A DNA stretch of 64,000 nucleotides from positions 54,934,001 through 54,998,000 of the forward strand of contig CM052816.1 in assembly GCA_028534125.1 (NCBI GenBank), in the 5' to 3' direction. Shown in pieces: positions 51,384 through 63,741 of this stretch. The stretch's first letter is position 1. Each line of letters begins with the position of its first letter. The notes below the pieces were generated by a model that saw nothing but the letters and a program-made list of their open reading frames with translations, searched no databases and was not told the DNA's origin. This DNA is from Lama glama. Taxonomy: Eukaryota. The position numbers and the translations under genes were made by a program.

Positions 51384-54300
51384 TAACAATGCGCTAGTTT
51401 TTAGACGAGCAAGATGCTACTCAGAATCAAGGCATTTTCCAGCCAAGATAGCTGTTAGTTTTCCAGCCATCACAGGTACATACTACATATAATTACATAA
51501 AGTACATTATTGTAAAAATATCCTCACTGCCCAGGCCATGTTAAGCTGCTTCCTTGCCTCTTGGCATACCTCAACAAAATTCACAAGGAGGAGGGAATCA
51601 GGATTTTAATTTCCCTCCAGCTAGTCTGCAACCTTAGAACACGAGATTATTTCTGACACTACAGAAGGAAGACATCCTGCCCTCCGCTGTCTAACCCCAC
51701 TGCACAGAAGGCAGAGTTTGCCCGAGGGCCACGTGGGGACCTGCGTGGAGGGATGGAGCTGTGCGTGGAGAAGTGGGAGGGGGGCTGTCACATGATGGAT
51801 GCTAGCAATTCTGACCCTTCAGCAGCCAGTTCACAGCATCCTCACGTTCAGACTTACATGAGCATAGAAATAAAAGCCAACTCTAGGTAATAAATGATAT
51901 TAAAAGGTGAAACTTTTGTCTTCGAGTGACACTAATTGCCCTGTCTTCAAAGTGACAATACTAGATACTACTAAACACACACACACTCACCCCAGTCACG
52001 GTGAGTAAAAGCAGCACCACGGTACTCGTGGTGCCTCGAACCGGGTTTGGCAAGGAGTAAGCACTCAGGCAAGATAAAAGCTGGTGACTAGTTAAAAACT
52101 TAATCATCTTCTATTCCAGATCGTTTCCAGGTTAAATGATTACTAACCTGATGGTGACAGAATGTTCTTAGAATAGGTATGAGAAGGAAAAACAATGAAG
52201 AGAAGGAACAGCTCTTATCTCTTATAACTGCACTTGTAATGGTGGCTACAGGGGCAAAATGGTAAATTACTTTGGAGGAAGTTTAAATGCAGTCATCCTT
52301 TATATAATGTTCAAATGTATCATCAGCTTCTTTTAGATGTGTCTTGGTCACTTTTGAGGGTGTGGTAACATTCGTTCTACGAAGGGAACGCTTTGTTAAA
52401 AAAAAAAAAAGTCACTAAACTGTAATACTCCTCTGCACTGCCAAGACCAGTAATACATCAAAATTCCAGATAATTGGCAAAATATTCATTTAGGAAACTT
52501 CCACCTCATCACTTGATAGATGTTCAGCAATACTTGGTCAAAGATAACAGAAGCATCTAATAGTCTGAAAATTGAGCCACAGGGGCTAAAATTGATGTTT
52601 CAGGGGGAAAATATGAGTTTATTTCAACACAAAGCAGTATATTAATATAAGCCTGAAACATAACTAAGGAAAGCTAATTAATCTTCTATGGTTAAAATCA
52701 CACGGAGGGAGGGAGATAAACTGGGCAGAATTGTAAATCCATGTTTTACAGACCCGAGCAGAATTTAAACTGATACTATTCCTGTATAGGACGAACATGC
52801 TGGAACCACAGGAGAGTTACTTTATTCAAAAGATGGCTAAAAATTCCCATGATAAGCTATTCAAACTATAGACCTTTTGTACTTTTAGTTCTTGTCAACT
52901 TTTTCCATGAAGATTCAGCTGAACATCTTTCTCCCAAAGCTAATTATTTCTCTACATTTTAAAAGCAATCTACAGTTCAAGTATATTGGCCTTTGCCTAA
53001 GTACAAATTCTCAATTTCTCTGAAGTTACTATAGCAACTCTGGCTAATTTGGCCTTGGCTGCATTTTTAGGGGCAGAAGAAGGTGAATCTAAACATTAAG
53101 GGCCAAGTTTACGAGGAAGTATTGTACCAGCAAAGTGGAGAACCAGGAGAAGGGTCTATCCTGGGAGAATCACTGCTAATCTTCCTGCTAGGCTGTGAGA
53201 AACTCAAGGTTAAGATCCGAGGTTAAAATGTACTTTATGTCAAATATCTAAAATATAATTGGTTAGGATCAGCCTTCCCCCACCCCCAGTCCAGCAGCTA
53301 CAGAGAACAGGAGGCGCCTGACAGCGTACACCTGCTGTCGCACTGGAGTCACGTCCAGGGCTGAGCAGGAGGAGTGCCTGGCCAAGAACAGGGAGGAGGC
53401 TCAGGGCGGAGAACTGCCCACAGCTGCTCTGACACCCAGCTCTGGACATTTCTTCCATGACCACAGAGATATTCAACCCCCGACGGGCACTTGTACTACA
53501 CAGAGAAGCAATTTCTATAAAAACCCCAAACACTAGGACCCCACTTCGGACTTTCAGAACTAACTCACGTAAATGCAAATACCAGTAGTTTTCACTTAGA
53601 AAAAAAAAAAAGCAAGGAAAACTCTAAGACTTGTTTATTCCCGAATGCAACTAAAATGCAGCAAAGGAAATACTCTTTCCTTACCACACCAGAGGGAATC
53701 AGAACCTACCACTAATGCAAAGCTATTACAGGTAGTGTTTTGTTGTACGTGTCTATCTGCGTGTGTTATTGAATAAATCTTTACACATCCAAAGGGCTCA
53801 AAATATTCCACAGAAGGATACTTACACAGAAAGCATCATTATTTGGAGAACTGGGTTCTGAACTCAGCTCCAAAAATTACTTCAGTTTTCTTGCCCCTTT
53901 GACCATAGCACCCTATCTTAAAGTGTGAAAGGGAAAGTAGAGATAAAAACAATTTTTAAAAATTAAGAGCCCTTTATAAGCCTGTTGCACTGAGCCACTG
54001 CTTCACAGGGTGGAGCAGAGGGAACTCCCTCCATATTCTGATGCCTACCAATGGAGTTGGGGGAATATTCTGGAAAGAAATGAACGTGCAGTGCTTAGAG
54101 TTGAGAAGGAAAACGTCAAGCAGAAGGAGAGACTCCAGACACCGCTCCCCACCTGAGGGGCTCTCCAGAGTCTCCCGCACACCTGCCCCTCCCACATCTG
54201 CAATGGCAGCTGGACTAGATTATTCCTATAACCCAAGGACAGTGCTGGCACTTGGGTGACACACCCCCCATAAGCCTTTATAGCATATGGAACTATATGG

Positions 54301-55209
54301 TCTATTTGGGGCTTTTTGAAGTTTCAGTTTGCTCTTTCTTTGGGGCTTAACTGAAATTTAGGTTTTAAACCAAGAAACCAGCCAATGGAACATCTGGAGT
54401 TCGAGCTGAAAGTCATTTTTACCAGGACACCTTTGACAAGGACTCGCTGGAAACCAGGTGTCCAATGGAGTGACAGGAGAAGAGACTATGACCAATGGAC
54501 AGCCTCTGGACCCCAAGCACTTGCACTCCTGACACCCAGGAGTCAGGCAGGCTCCTCCCCTCCACCCACACTGCAACCCCCCATTACCTGAATAAAATAA
54601 CCACAACGCCTACTTCTAGAAGGTTTCTCAGGCGGGTAGAAAAGCTCTGATGATTATTCCTCTGATTCCTGCCCACCCTGTGCCTCCTCCTGGTGGGCCT
54701 CTGAGGGGCTAAGGAGTTGTCTACTTGGGGTCCTCTCTCTGACCCCCAACTCTGCTTGGCTGGTAGGGGGTGGGGTGGTGGGTGGAGAGAAGAGGAATCA
54801 GGACCAGCATACAGGGGCACAATTTTAAGACTGGGGCTTGGGAAGAGAGGTGCACACCTGTGCTTGACCTACAAGGGATGTGGGGAGCTGAGGTGAGCCT
54901 ACACGGGCTTGCTTTCAGATGAGGCACTGTCCTGCTACAGTGCTCCGAATGGCTAGGAGAAAACACGCAGCCTTTCATACGCACCTGACTTAGAGAAGGT
55001 CAGCTTCCCCGCTACCCAAGATGGCAGGTCAAAGGCTCAACACTTTTTAATCACCTTACTTTTCCAGCTGAAGCAGGTGATATTTCTGATAAGAATGATA
55101 TTTAAAAACTAGATTTGCTCTGCCAACACTGGTCAAAGTATTTCTTCTTTGGATGCTTTACTTCAAAAGGGTTTAATTCACCACATGTGCATTTCCAGGT
55201 TTAAAAAGA

Positions 55210-55284
55210 AGTTTCAAAATACAGGTAACCTCCTTGGTTAAGTTTATTTCCAGGTATTTTGTTGTTTTTGATGCAATGGAAATG
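55210..55284 (-). mobile_element. L1 ORF2 fragment
   Basis: 'acctccttggttaagtttatttccaggtattttgttgtttttgatgcaat'; translates to KYLEINLTKEV. Confidence 0.75.
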
Positions 55285-55342
55285 TTTATGCCCGTTATAA
55301 AATTCTGGTTTTTGAAGTGAAAAAAAGGAAACTGAATGAAGG

Positions 55343-55514
55343 GCCACAAATGGCAAGGTGTCATTTTCTATGGGTGAGTTGTATTCCATCACATATACAT
55401 GCTGCATCTTCTTTATCCATTCATCTATTGATGTGCACTTACGATGCTTCCATATCTTGGCAATTATAAATAATTTTGCTGTTAATAGTGGGGTGTAACT
55501 ATCTTTTTGAATTA
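55343..55514 (-). mobile_element. L1 3'-region fragment, inverted relative to the adjoining A-tailed segment
   Basis: 'caaatggcaagg...gtattccat...catcttctttatccattcatctattgatg...tgcttccatatcttggcaatt'. Confidence 0.85.
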
Positions 55515-55734
55515 ATTCTTATTTTGTGGTTGGCTTTAGTCCTTTGATAACTATATAAGTTTTAAAAGCTAAAGCTCTAAAAGTTCTTAGAAACAATGAA
55601 CAGTACACATATACAAATTTTAAAAATATGTGCAGTATATTGTATATATGTATTTACATGCCAATATATTGTGTATGTGCAGCCAAAATGTAACAATTCT
55701 ACCTAATAAAACTGAAAAATGAAAAGAAAAAAAA
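55515..55734 (+). mobile_element. A-tailed segment (copy B), homologous to 8761-8940
   Basis: Direct-orientation homology, roughly 80% by eye. AATAAA at 55705-55710 and an A-rich tail to 55734. Confidence 0.65.
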
Positions 55735-56094
55735 GCAATTTCCTACTCTTCTAATGCTATAGAAGAGGGGCCTATATCTGAAATATTTCAGAGGTACTGA
55801 AAATATAATTTACCAAAGGAAGTTTCCACTGCTAGGCTGTCTAGATATATTCATTCTCCCCCATGTAAACCTGTTCCACCTCTATTTATGCTAGACAGGA
55901 AGTAAATGTGCAAGCAGTATCAATAAAAAGCAGCTGAAGGCACACATTCTTGGACTAATTAAGTTGGGACGCCTGATTCACAGCTGTTCCTACTCCTGAA
56001 AATGTTTTTGGAATAAACAATGGTATTTAAGACGTATTTTGTTCCACGTTTCAACGCCTTATAATTTACACTGACATAGTGCTTGACTTTCAGT

Positions 56095-56245
56095 CTGCTT
56101 TTCCCATCATAGCACTATGATGTAGGTGTGAATGGTATTCCGGATCCATTTTACAAATAAGGAGGCTGAGACATTGACACTGTGCTTTACTTATAGTCAC
56201 TCAGACACTAAGAGAACCAGGACCAGGGAAAGCAATCAACTCTAG
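56095..56245. mobile_element. MIR SINE fragment
   Basis: 'ccattttacaaataaggaggctgagac...gtcactcagacactaag'. Confidence 0.6.
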
Positions 56246-56460
56246 TTCACACACCATCCCAGAAGGACAAAGTCAGCAGGTCATCTCCACATGTGACCTT
56301 CAGTTGAAGCCAAATCACACCACCAAGCCTGCTAATTTTATTAAGATAATGCTGCTCTGATAACCAAGACTTTCTACTGCTTCTGCAGCTGTTCACAAGG
56401 AAACTTCCTATAAAAGAAAAACTTAGAAAATGTTTGCCTGGATAGAAAGAGAGCATCCTT

Positions 56461-56975
56461 AACTAAAGTGAGGCAGCTAAGCATAAAGGCAAAACTTCTA
56501 AAAGAAAAAAAAGGCCAGCAGGGTGATGGGGTTCAGGGCATGCTACCCCCAAATAAGGCCCCTTGGCATATTGAATATTTTAAGCTGAAGGAGTTTGAGA
56601 AAACAGCAGAAGCAAGAAGGTCACTCTGCCCTTCCCCCATCCTTCTTCCCTGAAAGAGGACGTAAAACTCCCATGTGACAGTTGCCCTCTCCATAGCCAG
56701 AGGAAAGGAGCACCCTCCTCTCCAAAGACAAACAGATGCCAAGAAGAATCTGAACACACAGGCCTTGCGAAGTTGTCCCCAGTTTACTGCACTTATACTT
56801 CTTAACCTATCATATTTCTACACAACTGCACACTCTTCAACAAACTTAATGTAAAAATACACAAGAGTAACTGTTTCTGTATGTCTTCAGTCCCTTAGGA
56901 AGGTTCTCGTATCATGGAAAACTTATATTAAATGTGTATGCGTTTCCCTCTGAAAATTAAAAACAAAAGAAAGAA
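56461..56975 (+). mobile_element. L1-retroposed ERV1-type transcript end (MER39/MER34-like LTR U3-R + A-tail)
   Basis: LTR starts tgatggggttcagggcatgctacccccaaa at 56524. ATTAAA at 56927-56932, sequence stops 20 nt later, A-rich tail 56953-56975. 17-bp TSD agaaagagagca(t/c)cctt at 56444-56460 and 56976-56992. Confidence 0.8.
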
Positions 56976-57534
56976 AGAAAGAGAGCACCCTTCCTGGCCT
57001 GTTAACAGCAGACACTTTGTTTTTAGCCCCAGTTATTAAAATGTCGGTATCAGATCGACTCCCTTCTTCCGCATGTTTGTACCACCTCCACCTCCTGCAT
57101 CACCACCCTTATAATATTAAGCACTGTGGACAGGTCTTAATTTAACTCTGGAGTCTAAAAATAGAGCAGCCAATTTTGTTACTGTCCATCATTAAGTCCT
57201 TTATTAAATAAGAGACAAGGACTAAAGAACCAAGAATTTGCTGCCCACAGAGAGGCTTGTTGACCAGTAACTGACTTGCTTATCATGACCTTACCAGAGT
57301 CCATACTTAGATTCCTATAAGTATCTTGGGAGTTCATTTCTGTTCTAAATGTGAATATGGGAAGGAAATCAAGGGAGAAGAAAATTAAGTTCACTTCTTA
57401 GTGAATTCTCAACTTCTACCCTCTTACAGCTTCCCGTGTACACCAAACACATCTCTGCACCCTGGCTCGTCTTCGCTTGGCAGAGTCAGCAGTTCCTTCA
57501 GAGGCTCCCCCGTAGACTAAAGCATCAAGTGAAC

Positions 57535-57750
57535 AGAGCCGGTCCTGTTCAATATGCTAGCCCCCAGTCCGTGAGTCTACTGAGCATGTGAGGTTTAGCT
57601 AGTCTGAACTGAGATGTGGAGAAATAAGACAGTTATCTATCTCATTAATAGTTTGTACACTGATTATGTCCTGAAAAGATATTTTGGATACACTGGCAAA
57701 AATAAAATACATTAAAGTTACTCTCACCTGTTTCATGTGGCAACTAGAAA
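57535..57750. mobile_element. MER33/MER3-like hAT-Charlie MITE
   Basis: 'ctgttcaatatgctagcc...gctagtctgaactgagatgtg...atattttggatacactgg...cacctgtttcatgtggcaactagaaa'. Confidence 0.75.
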
Positions 57751-58949
57751 CCCTGTCACTCCTGCCCCCCGACTGAGCCTGACCACGTCACCTTTGTTCT
57801 GTCTAAATCCAGCCTGGGAGGCACATCAGGAACATGACGATAACACTCCTTACTTCATCTATCAGTTTCTCAAAACCAACACACCCAGGTCCACACCACA
57901 TAAATGAGTTTATTTTATTGTCCGACTTAGCCGCTGGACTTCTGAGCATCCCTGTTTACCATTTATGTTTGCCAAACCTTTGCTAATTCATCCTCGAATC
58001 TGCCTTGTTGGTGTGTTTTAGAGTGTAGGTACTTCTGATCCACAGAAAGCCGATTTCAATCTATTTGTGCAGAATGCATTGTCAGGAGTGGGGGCTCCAT
58101 CTGCAAAGAGGTCCTTTAAAACTCCTGTTCCATTATGTCACAGACACAGCAGCGGCTAGACGAACTACCCCGTGGAAACAGAAGGATGCCAGTCCTGCAG
58201 AATCCATGGGTAACAGAGCATCTGTTGAATATGAGTGCCACTGTCTGGGGACCACCATTCCCATAATAAATTGCCCAAGCACAGTCAGCTGGTCTCCATT
58301 CCCCCAAAGGAACCCATACAATTCCGAAGTGAAAAATCTTCAATTATCAGCAAGAGCTACTAAATGGAGACAATCGGCACCCCTCGCAAGGCTCCTCTAG
58401 GCCAAACCACACTGGACAAGAAACCTAAGGCAGGACTCCTGAGATCACCACATCATTCACGCAGGTATCTGGGGTCATGATATAAAACAGTATTACTCTG
58501 GGTGACAAGATTTTAAAGTCATTTCTTTAAAGTGTGTGTCACAAGCAATGAATTATTAATAAATTAGTAACAGGAGATCTCTAATGGGCCCCTATCAGAG
58601 TTAAATAAATCTCAACTTCGTACTGCCGTGGTTCTGGTCTCCGAATAACTCCAACAGCAACACTGACCCATAAGCTCTCTTCCAGCTCAGTCATCTGTCT
58701 CACTCAGGCCTACTAAGCAGTCCTCATACACACCCCCAAATCTACTAACTTCTTATGGAACTCTTCACCTGTTACAAAAGTATAATTCTCCTATATTCTC
58801 AGTTTTTTGTGTACACTTGCCCCACCAGTTGTCTTTACGACACTGGCTTTTCCTTCATAATATCATTCCCATAAACCAGGGATGGTGGGTGGTTCCCCCA
58901 ATTTCCTTAACTCGTGGGACTGAAGAAGGGAGGGTCACTCATCACTAGT

Positions 58950-59780
58950 CAAACTTTCTTCCAGGCCATGTCCTATCACCTCCGTTCCAAGACCTCTCCC
59001 TCCACCTCCCTCCTGTCTCATTCCCCAGCCTCCTGCCACTCTTCTCCGGACCTCCAGGACTTTCCTTTTTGCTATAATATAATCACTGGGGACCTCCCAC
59101 ACTCGCCTCTGCTGGGAGGCTTCAAGAAGGTGGATGGTCTTGGAAACACCCCAAGGCACAGTTCAGAGACTTCCTCCTCTACCTAAAGATTTCACCTCCA
59201 TTCTACTTAAACCACACACAAGCTCCGCCACGCCTTGGACCTTATCACTACCCAGAAATACTCCACCTTTAAGATCGAGGCTTCCAAATCTCTAATTGTA
59301 GCTTTCTGTTTACTTGCTTCTCCACTTCCTTATTCTTTTAGGTCCTGCCCTTCATTCTCATCATAGGTGGTTCCTATGGCCCTGCATCCTGGCTTCATGA
59401 GCCTCCTTGTGGGCCTCAAGGCCACCCAGTGTCAGCAATGCTCACATTAACACCCTGGGGTCCCTGTCTCTGGGACTTTCTCAGAGCCAACATGCCTAGT
59501 TACCCTGTTCATTTTCTCTCATCTCGGAAAAATGGATAGGAGCATGCTGATGGGCCCCATGAGGAAAACTGAGAACTCCAGTTGTCTCTTCAAAACTGCC
59601 CCAAACTTCACAGACAGGCGGTTCTTCCATCCCGTCCTGGCTGCTGCACCATCACTTTTCTCTACAGCACCTCTTTTCATTCCTCCATTTCCCCGTCTTC
59701 TCACTTCGGCAGATGACAACCCTCAATAGCCTTCCTCTCCCCATCTCGTCACAGAGGAAGCGGTGTCTGTGTTCTTTTCC
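58950..59780. mobile_element. L2 LINE internal fragment
   Basis: Pyrimidine-rich, with 'ccacgccttggaccttatcactaccc' and 'ttctccatt...gcagatgac', typical of the L2 ORF2 region. Confidence 0.55.
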
Positions 59781-59884
59781 TCTTTTCCTCTGAGATGGGG
59801 TAGGAAAGCAGGAGCTGCTAAGAAAGCACCAGTCAGAGACGCCGGTCTCTTCTTCCCGGAGAGAAGAAGAGACCACCGTATGCA

Positions 59885-60040
59885 GAAACCTTTACCTGAG
59901 GGATCTGCTAACATGCAGACTCCAGGGCCCCAGTTCCTAGAGATGGATTTGCAGGGTCCCGGGTGACCCCAGAGCCTGCATGTACACAAGGACCTCTGTA
60001 ACCCTAATGCAGGTGGTAAATGAATTTGAGAATCACTGTT
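59885..60040. mobile_element. MER5-like MITE fragment
   Basis: 'acctgagggatctgctaacatgcagactccagggcccc...aatgcaggtgg...tttgagaatcactg'. Confidence 0.6.
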
Positions 60041-61394
60041 CAATGTCACGCTCACTCAGGTTATGGAGCTGCCTCAAATTCTGCCCCCTGTGAAAGACCA
60101 GAGGCAGGAACAACCGTGTATTACAAATTATTTGAAGAAAAAAAAAATCAACGAATATTTAAGCCAAGCAAGACTGAATGAGGGGAATATGAAAATGACA
60201 AGAACTGTGAAATCCTGAATTCTCATTCTAGCACCTAAAATGGGTTCAAATTTCTCAGAGAAAGGTAAAGATATATGACAAAAATGTACAAATGGCTAAC
60301 TCCTCTACACTAAGAATTCAGTATTTCACTAAGAGCAAAGTTAAGCTAAATGTACTAAAGAACATAAGTTTAATATTCATTTTTGTTTTTGTATATTTCA
60401 CCACTGAGCTTTCTACCAAAACTTTTTTTTTTTTAAATCAACATGACAGAGAATCATGAGATGAAAGAACATTTGTCAACAGTCAGGAGATCTTTGTTCT
60501 AATCCCAAACCTACAACAACTGCCACCAACGATTAGTTGCCGAACTTCTCTATGCCTCAGTGTCCCCAGATAAGAAATGGGGATTTGCACTCTTAGAGGA
60601 AAACAAAAATGTCAGATCAAAAAAAAAAAAAAAAAGCAATGGAAGACCATTCCACAAATGGAAGACAGATACAATTCATTCTGTAACAAGCTTCTACCAG
60701 TATTTCCCCCCTACCAGCCTTCCTTGGAGTCCCTCTACGCCTTGAATAATGACACTGTTTTATGACTTCCAAGCATCACAGTATGAGGCAGCATCTGGTG
60801 GGGATGTTCACAGAGGAAGGAAGAGACCTCAGCGGTATTTGCTATTCATACCTTTTGATGTTTCAACAAAAAAGCAAAGCGTTCTTTCAAACCAGTCATA
60901 ATAGTGGCAGAACCAAAAAGACAATCAGTGAATTCAATGAAGAATCCAGACCTAATACAGAAGAAAGATGCTCCAAAACGATCTTAGGTGAGAAGAGAAT
61001 AAAGTCTGCATCACTGACAAGTGCAAATTCCTACTGCAGCTTTAAGAAGAGTGATAGAAAAGAGACAGACAGAAAACAGGGAAGAAGGGAGGGAGAACAC
61101 AAGGTAAATTCTTCCCAGAACAAACTACTAGCAGTAGTTGCAGTCAAAAACAAGCAAGTGACAGACAAGAGAAAGAGAAAGAAACAGAAAAAAAAAAAAA
61201 AGACAATGGATGGCAATATTGTGCTAATTCCACCAAAACTCAAGTGGTGAGAACTGATCAAGGGCCAGAACAAAGCCAGTCCACAAAGAACCTAAAAACC
61301 AAGACCACCAAAACCAAAGTTTTGAACTTTATTGAAGACATGATCAAAATATATTAAGAAATAAAGAAGTGCAACAGTGTTAGTTTTTCCGCAC

Positions 61395-61580
61395 ACAGGT
61401 GTGGAAGTCAGACAGACCTGAGCTGGAATACTTTATGTCTCCTGTGGACTGTGACCCTAGACAAATTATCTAAGTTTTTCCAGGACTCAGTTTCTCCATC
61501 TATAAAATGGGGATAACTCCTTATAAGTTGAGTCCTTCAGGCACCACATCCAGTGAGCAGACACTCAATGTGATAAGATA
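61395..61580. mobile_element. MIR SINE
   Basis: 'gaagtcagacagacctgag...tgtgaccctagacaaatt...ctcagtttctccatctataaaatggggataa'. Confidence 0.8.
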
Positions 61581-63609
61581 ACCCCTGTAGTAAAGTGTGT
61601 TTGAGACCATGAAAAATCCCCAACACCTCCCAGCTCTCCAACTTCAAACAGCCTGAGAAAAACAAATGTGAATTCTGAGACCAAATGTTAGTTGCTCAGC
61701 TTCTCTTCGTCTGGTGAAGATGAATATTGATTATTTGTACTCACTTGAGAAGTGATGCTTTCATCTGTCAGATCACACCTGACTGGCTGGCCCCTGTCCC
61801 AACATAAACCCAAGGCTAGAACACAAAGTATACGAAATTAAAAGTAAAACAGCCTCCCAACTGTGTGTCCCCACCCCAGGGGGCTGACAGGGGCCACACC
61901 AAGCGTCCTGCTGAGTGCTGTCAGATAAGCCAAGCCTAGATCTGCCCCAAAGCATTTGACCTCCCAGCATCCTCTATTCCCTAAATCCAGTCCCACGTTG
62001 AACCCTGCGGCTTCTCCCTTTACAACCTTAATGTCTGTCCCTTCCACTCCAGCTCCACAATCCCTGGCCACCACCCAGCTGAACCTCAGCCCCTGAGGCT
62101 CCAGCCAAAAGCACCACACCCTGTTAGGCAGGGCTGGCTGGTGCCTCTTATTCCAAGGAGACATCCTAGGAGTCCCCCCTTGCCCGGGAGACCCCCGCTG
62201 ACCCCCTCTCCTGGCAGGTTACTCCCTCTCCCTACAGTCGGGATGTGCCTTGGGGTGACGAGTCCCAGCCTCCGGTCAAAAAGGTCCCGAGCCCCTTGCA
62301 TGTGACCCCTGAGGTCAGCTGGTTAGAAAGCAGCCCCAGTCAGGCCAGTCCCCAGAGACAGGCCCTCCCTCTCAGGAACCAGACCCTGAGAAGGGCCCCT
62401 GTTCTCAATTCAGCTGCGCCCCCCGCCCCACCAGCCCACCAGGGGCTGCACCAGGCAATCCTGCACTTCACCTTGTCCCCCTGGGCAGCAGAGGTGAGGG
62501 CTGACCCAGGGAGAGAACAAGGGGGAAGGAGGAAATGAAGAATTACCATAGAAACACGAAAGTTGTTTATGGCTTGAAAATGCAATTAAGAATTCCTTAA
62601 AATTTCATTAACGTTTTATAACGAGCAACAACATGTCTCTTAATAAGTTGATTACCAAGAAAGATGTTTCCCTCTCAAGTCCAAGTTTCTATGAGCTTTG
62701 TTTATGAACACAGCCAGGGCAGCATCCTTCGGAATCAAGACAGTGAGGTCCAAATGTGTAGAGGAAATCCAGTGGATTCTCCAAAGCATTCCTAGGTCAA
62801 AAGATTCCTTTTCCTTGAGTACGGGATCCCAAGTAGTTAGCGTTAAGCAATCCCACACTCGTGGCTCTCCCTTGCTTAAACCTTTGAAGCATTTCTCCTA
62901 TCAAACCTGATTCTCTAACTCACTACTAGGTAAGGGCAGAGCTTGAGACTTGATCTAATCAATGAGGCGTCCTTTTGGTGCCTGAGTTGTAAGCACTGAC
63001 ACAAAAGGAATCACACCCGTGTTTTGTTTCCTTCCCGGGGCACATACGAAACTGTCCCAGACTCGCTAATACAAAGAACAGCTTGGCTCGAGGACGCTTT
63101 GAAGATAGTATTTCTAAACAAGCCCATCACCAAGGGAAGGCCTTTTCGCTTTGTTTATTTTCAGAGGTGAGACAGAAGAAGCAAGCACAGCAAACAATTT
63201 GAATGCATTTTCTCTTTCCTTGAAAAAGGAATATTCTATTTCAGGAACTTTCCTTGGGAAACACAATAGCAGCCCCATTCATAACTACTTGCTTAACTGC
63301 GATTTGCAAACTCCCTGTCCATTTCTTACCAAGATTCCCTCTCCCATTCCCTGACCTTCCTAACAGCTCCAGTTGGGTTTCCTTCCTCAATCCACCCTCA
63401 GTTCCCAAAGAGAACCTACCACTTTCAATTTTGCACAGTTGTCCTAAAAAACTAAAGAACTGAAATTCTTAAAATAGGTTTATTTTCATCATTCAAATAT
63501 ATTTTGCAGAGATTAATATGAAATCTACTCAGCAGTATTAATTCTTGTGGAAAAGTAACTCCTGCAATTTAAACAGTGTGATATTTGGCATCAGAGAAAA
63601 ACTTCCAAA

Positions 63610-63741
63610 AAAATTTTTAAGACTTTTTTTTGGGTGGGTGGGGCAATTAGGTTTATTTTTTTTTTTAATGGAGGTACTGGGGATCGAACCCAGGAACTCT
63701 TGCATGCTAAGCACATGCTATCACTGAGCTATACCCTCCCC
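63610..63741 (-). mobile_element. Camelid tRNA-derived SINE (long-tail form)
   Basis: 'gcaattaggtttatt...atggaggtactggggatcgaacccagg...cactgagctataccctcccc'. TSD cagagaaaa(a/c)ctt(c/t)caaa at 63592 and 63742. Confidence 0.92.

Noticed and set aside
60762..61250. 162-aa ORF rich in K/R/E
   Set aside because: A low-complexity product of A-rich sequence, with no domain or splice support.
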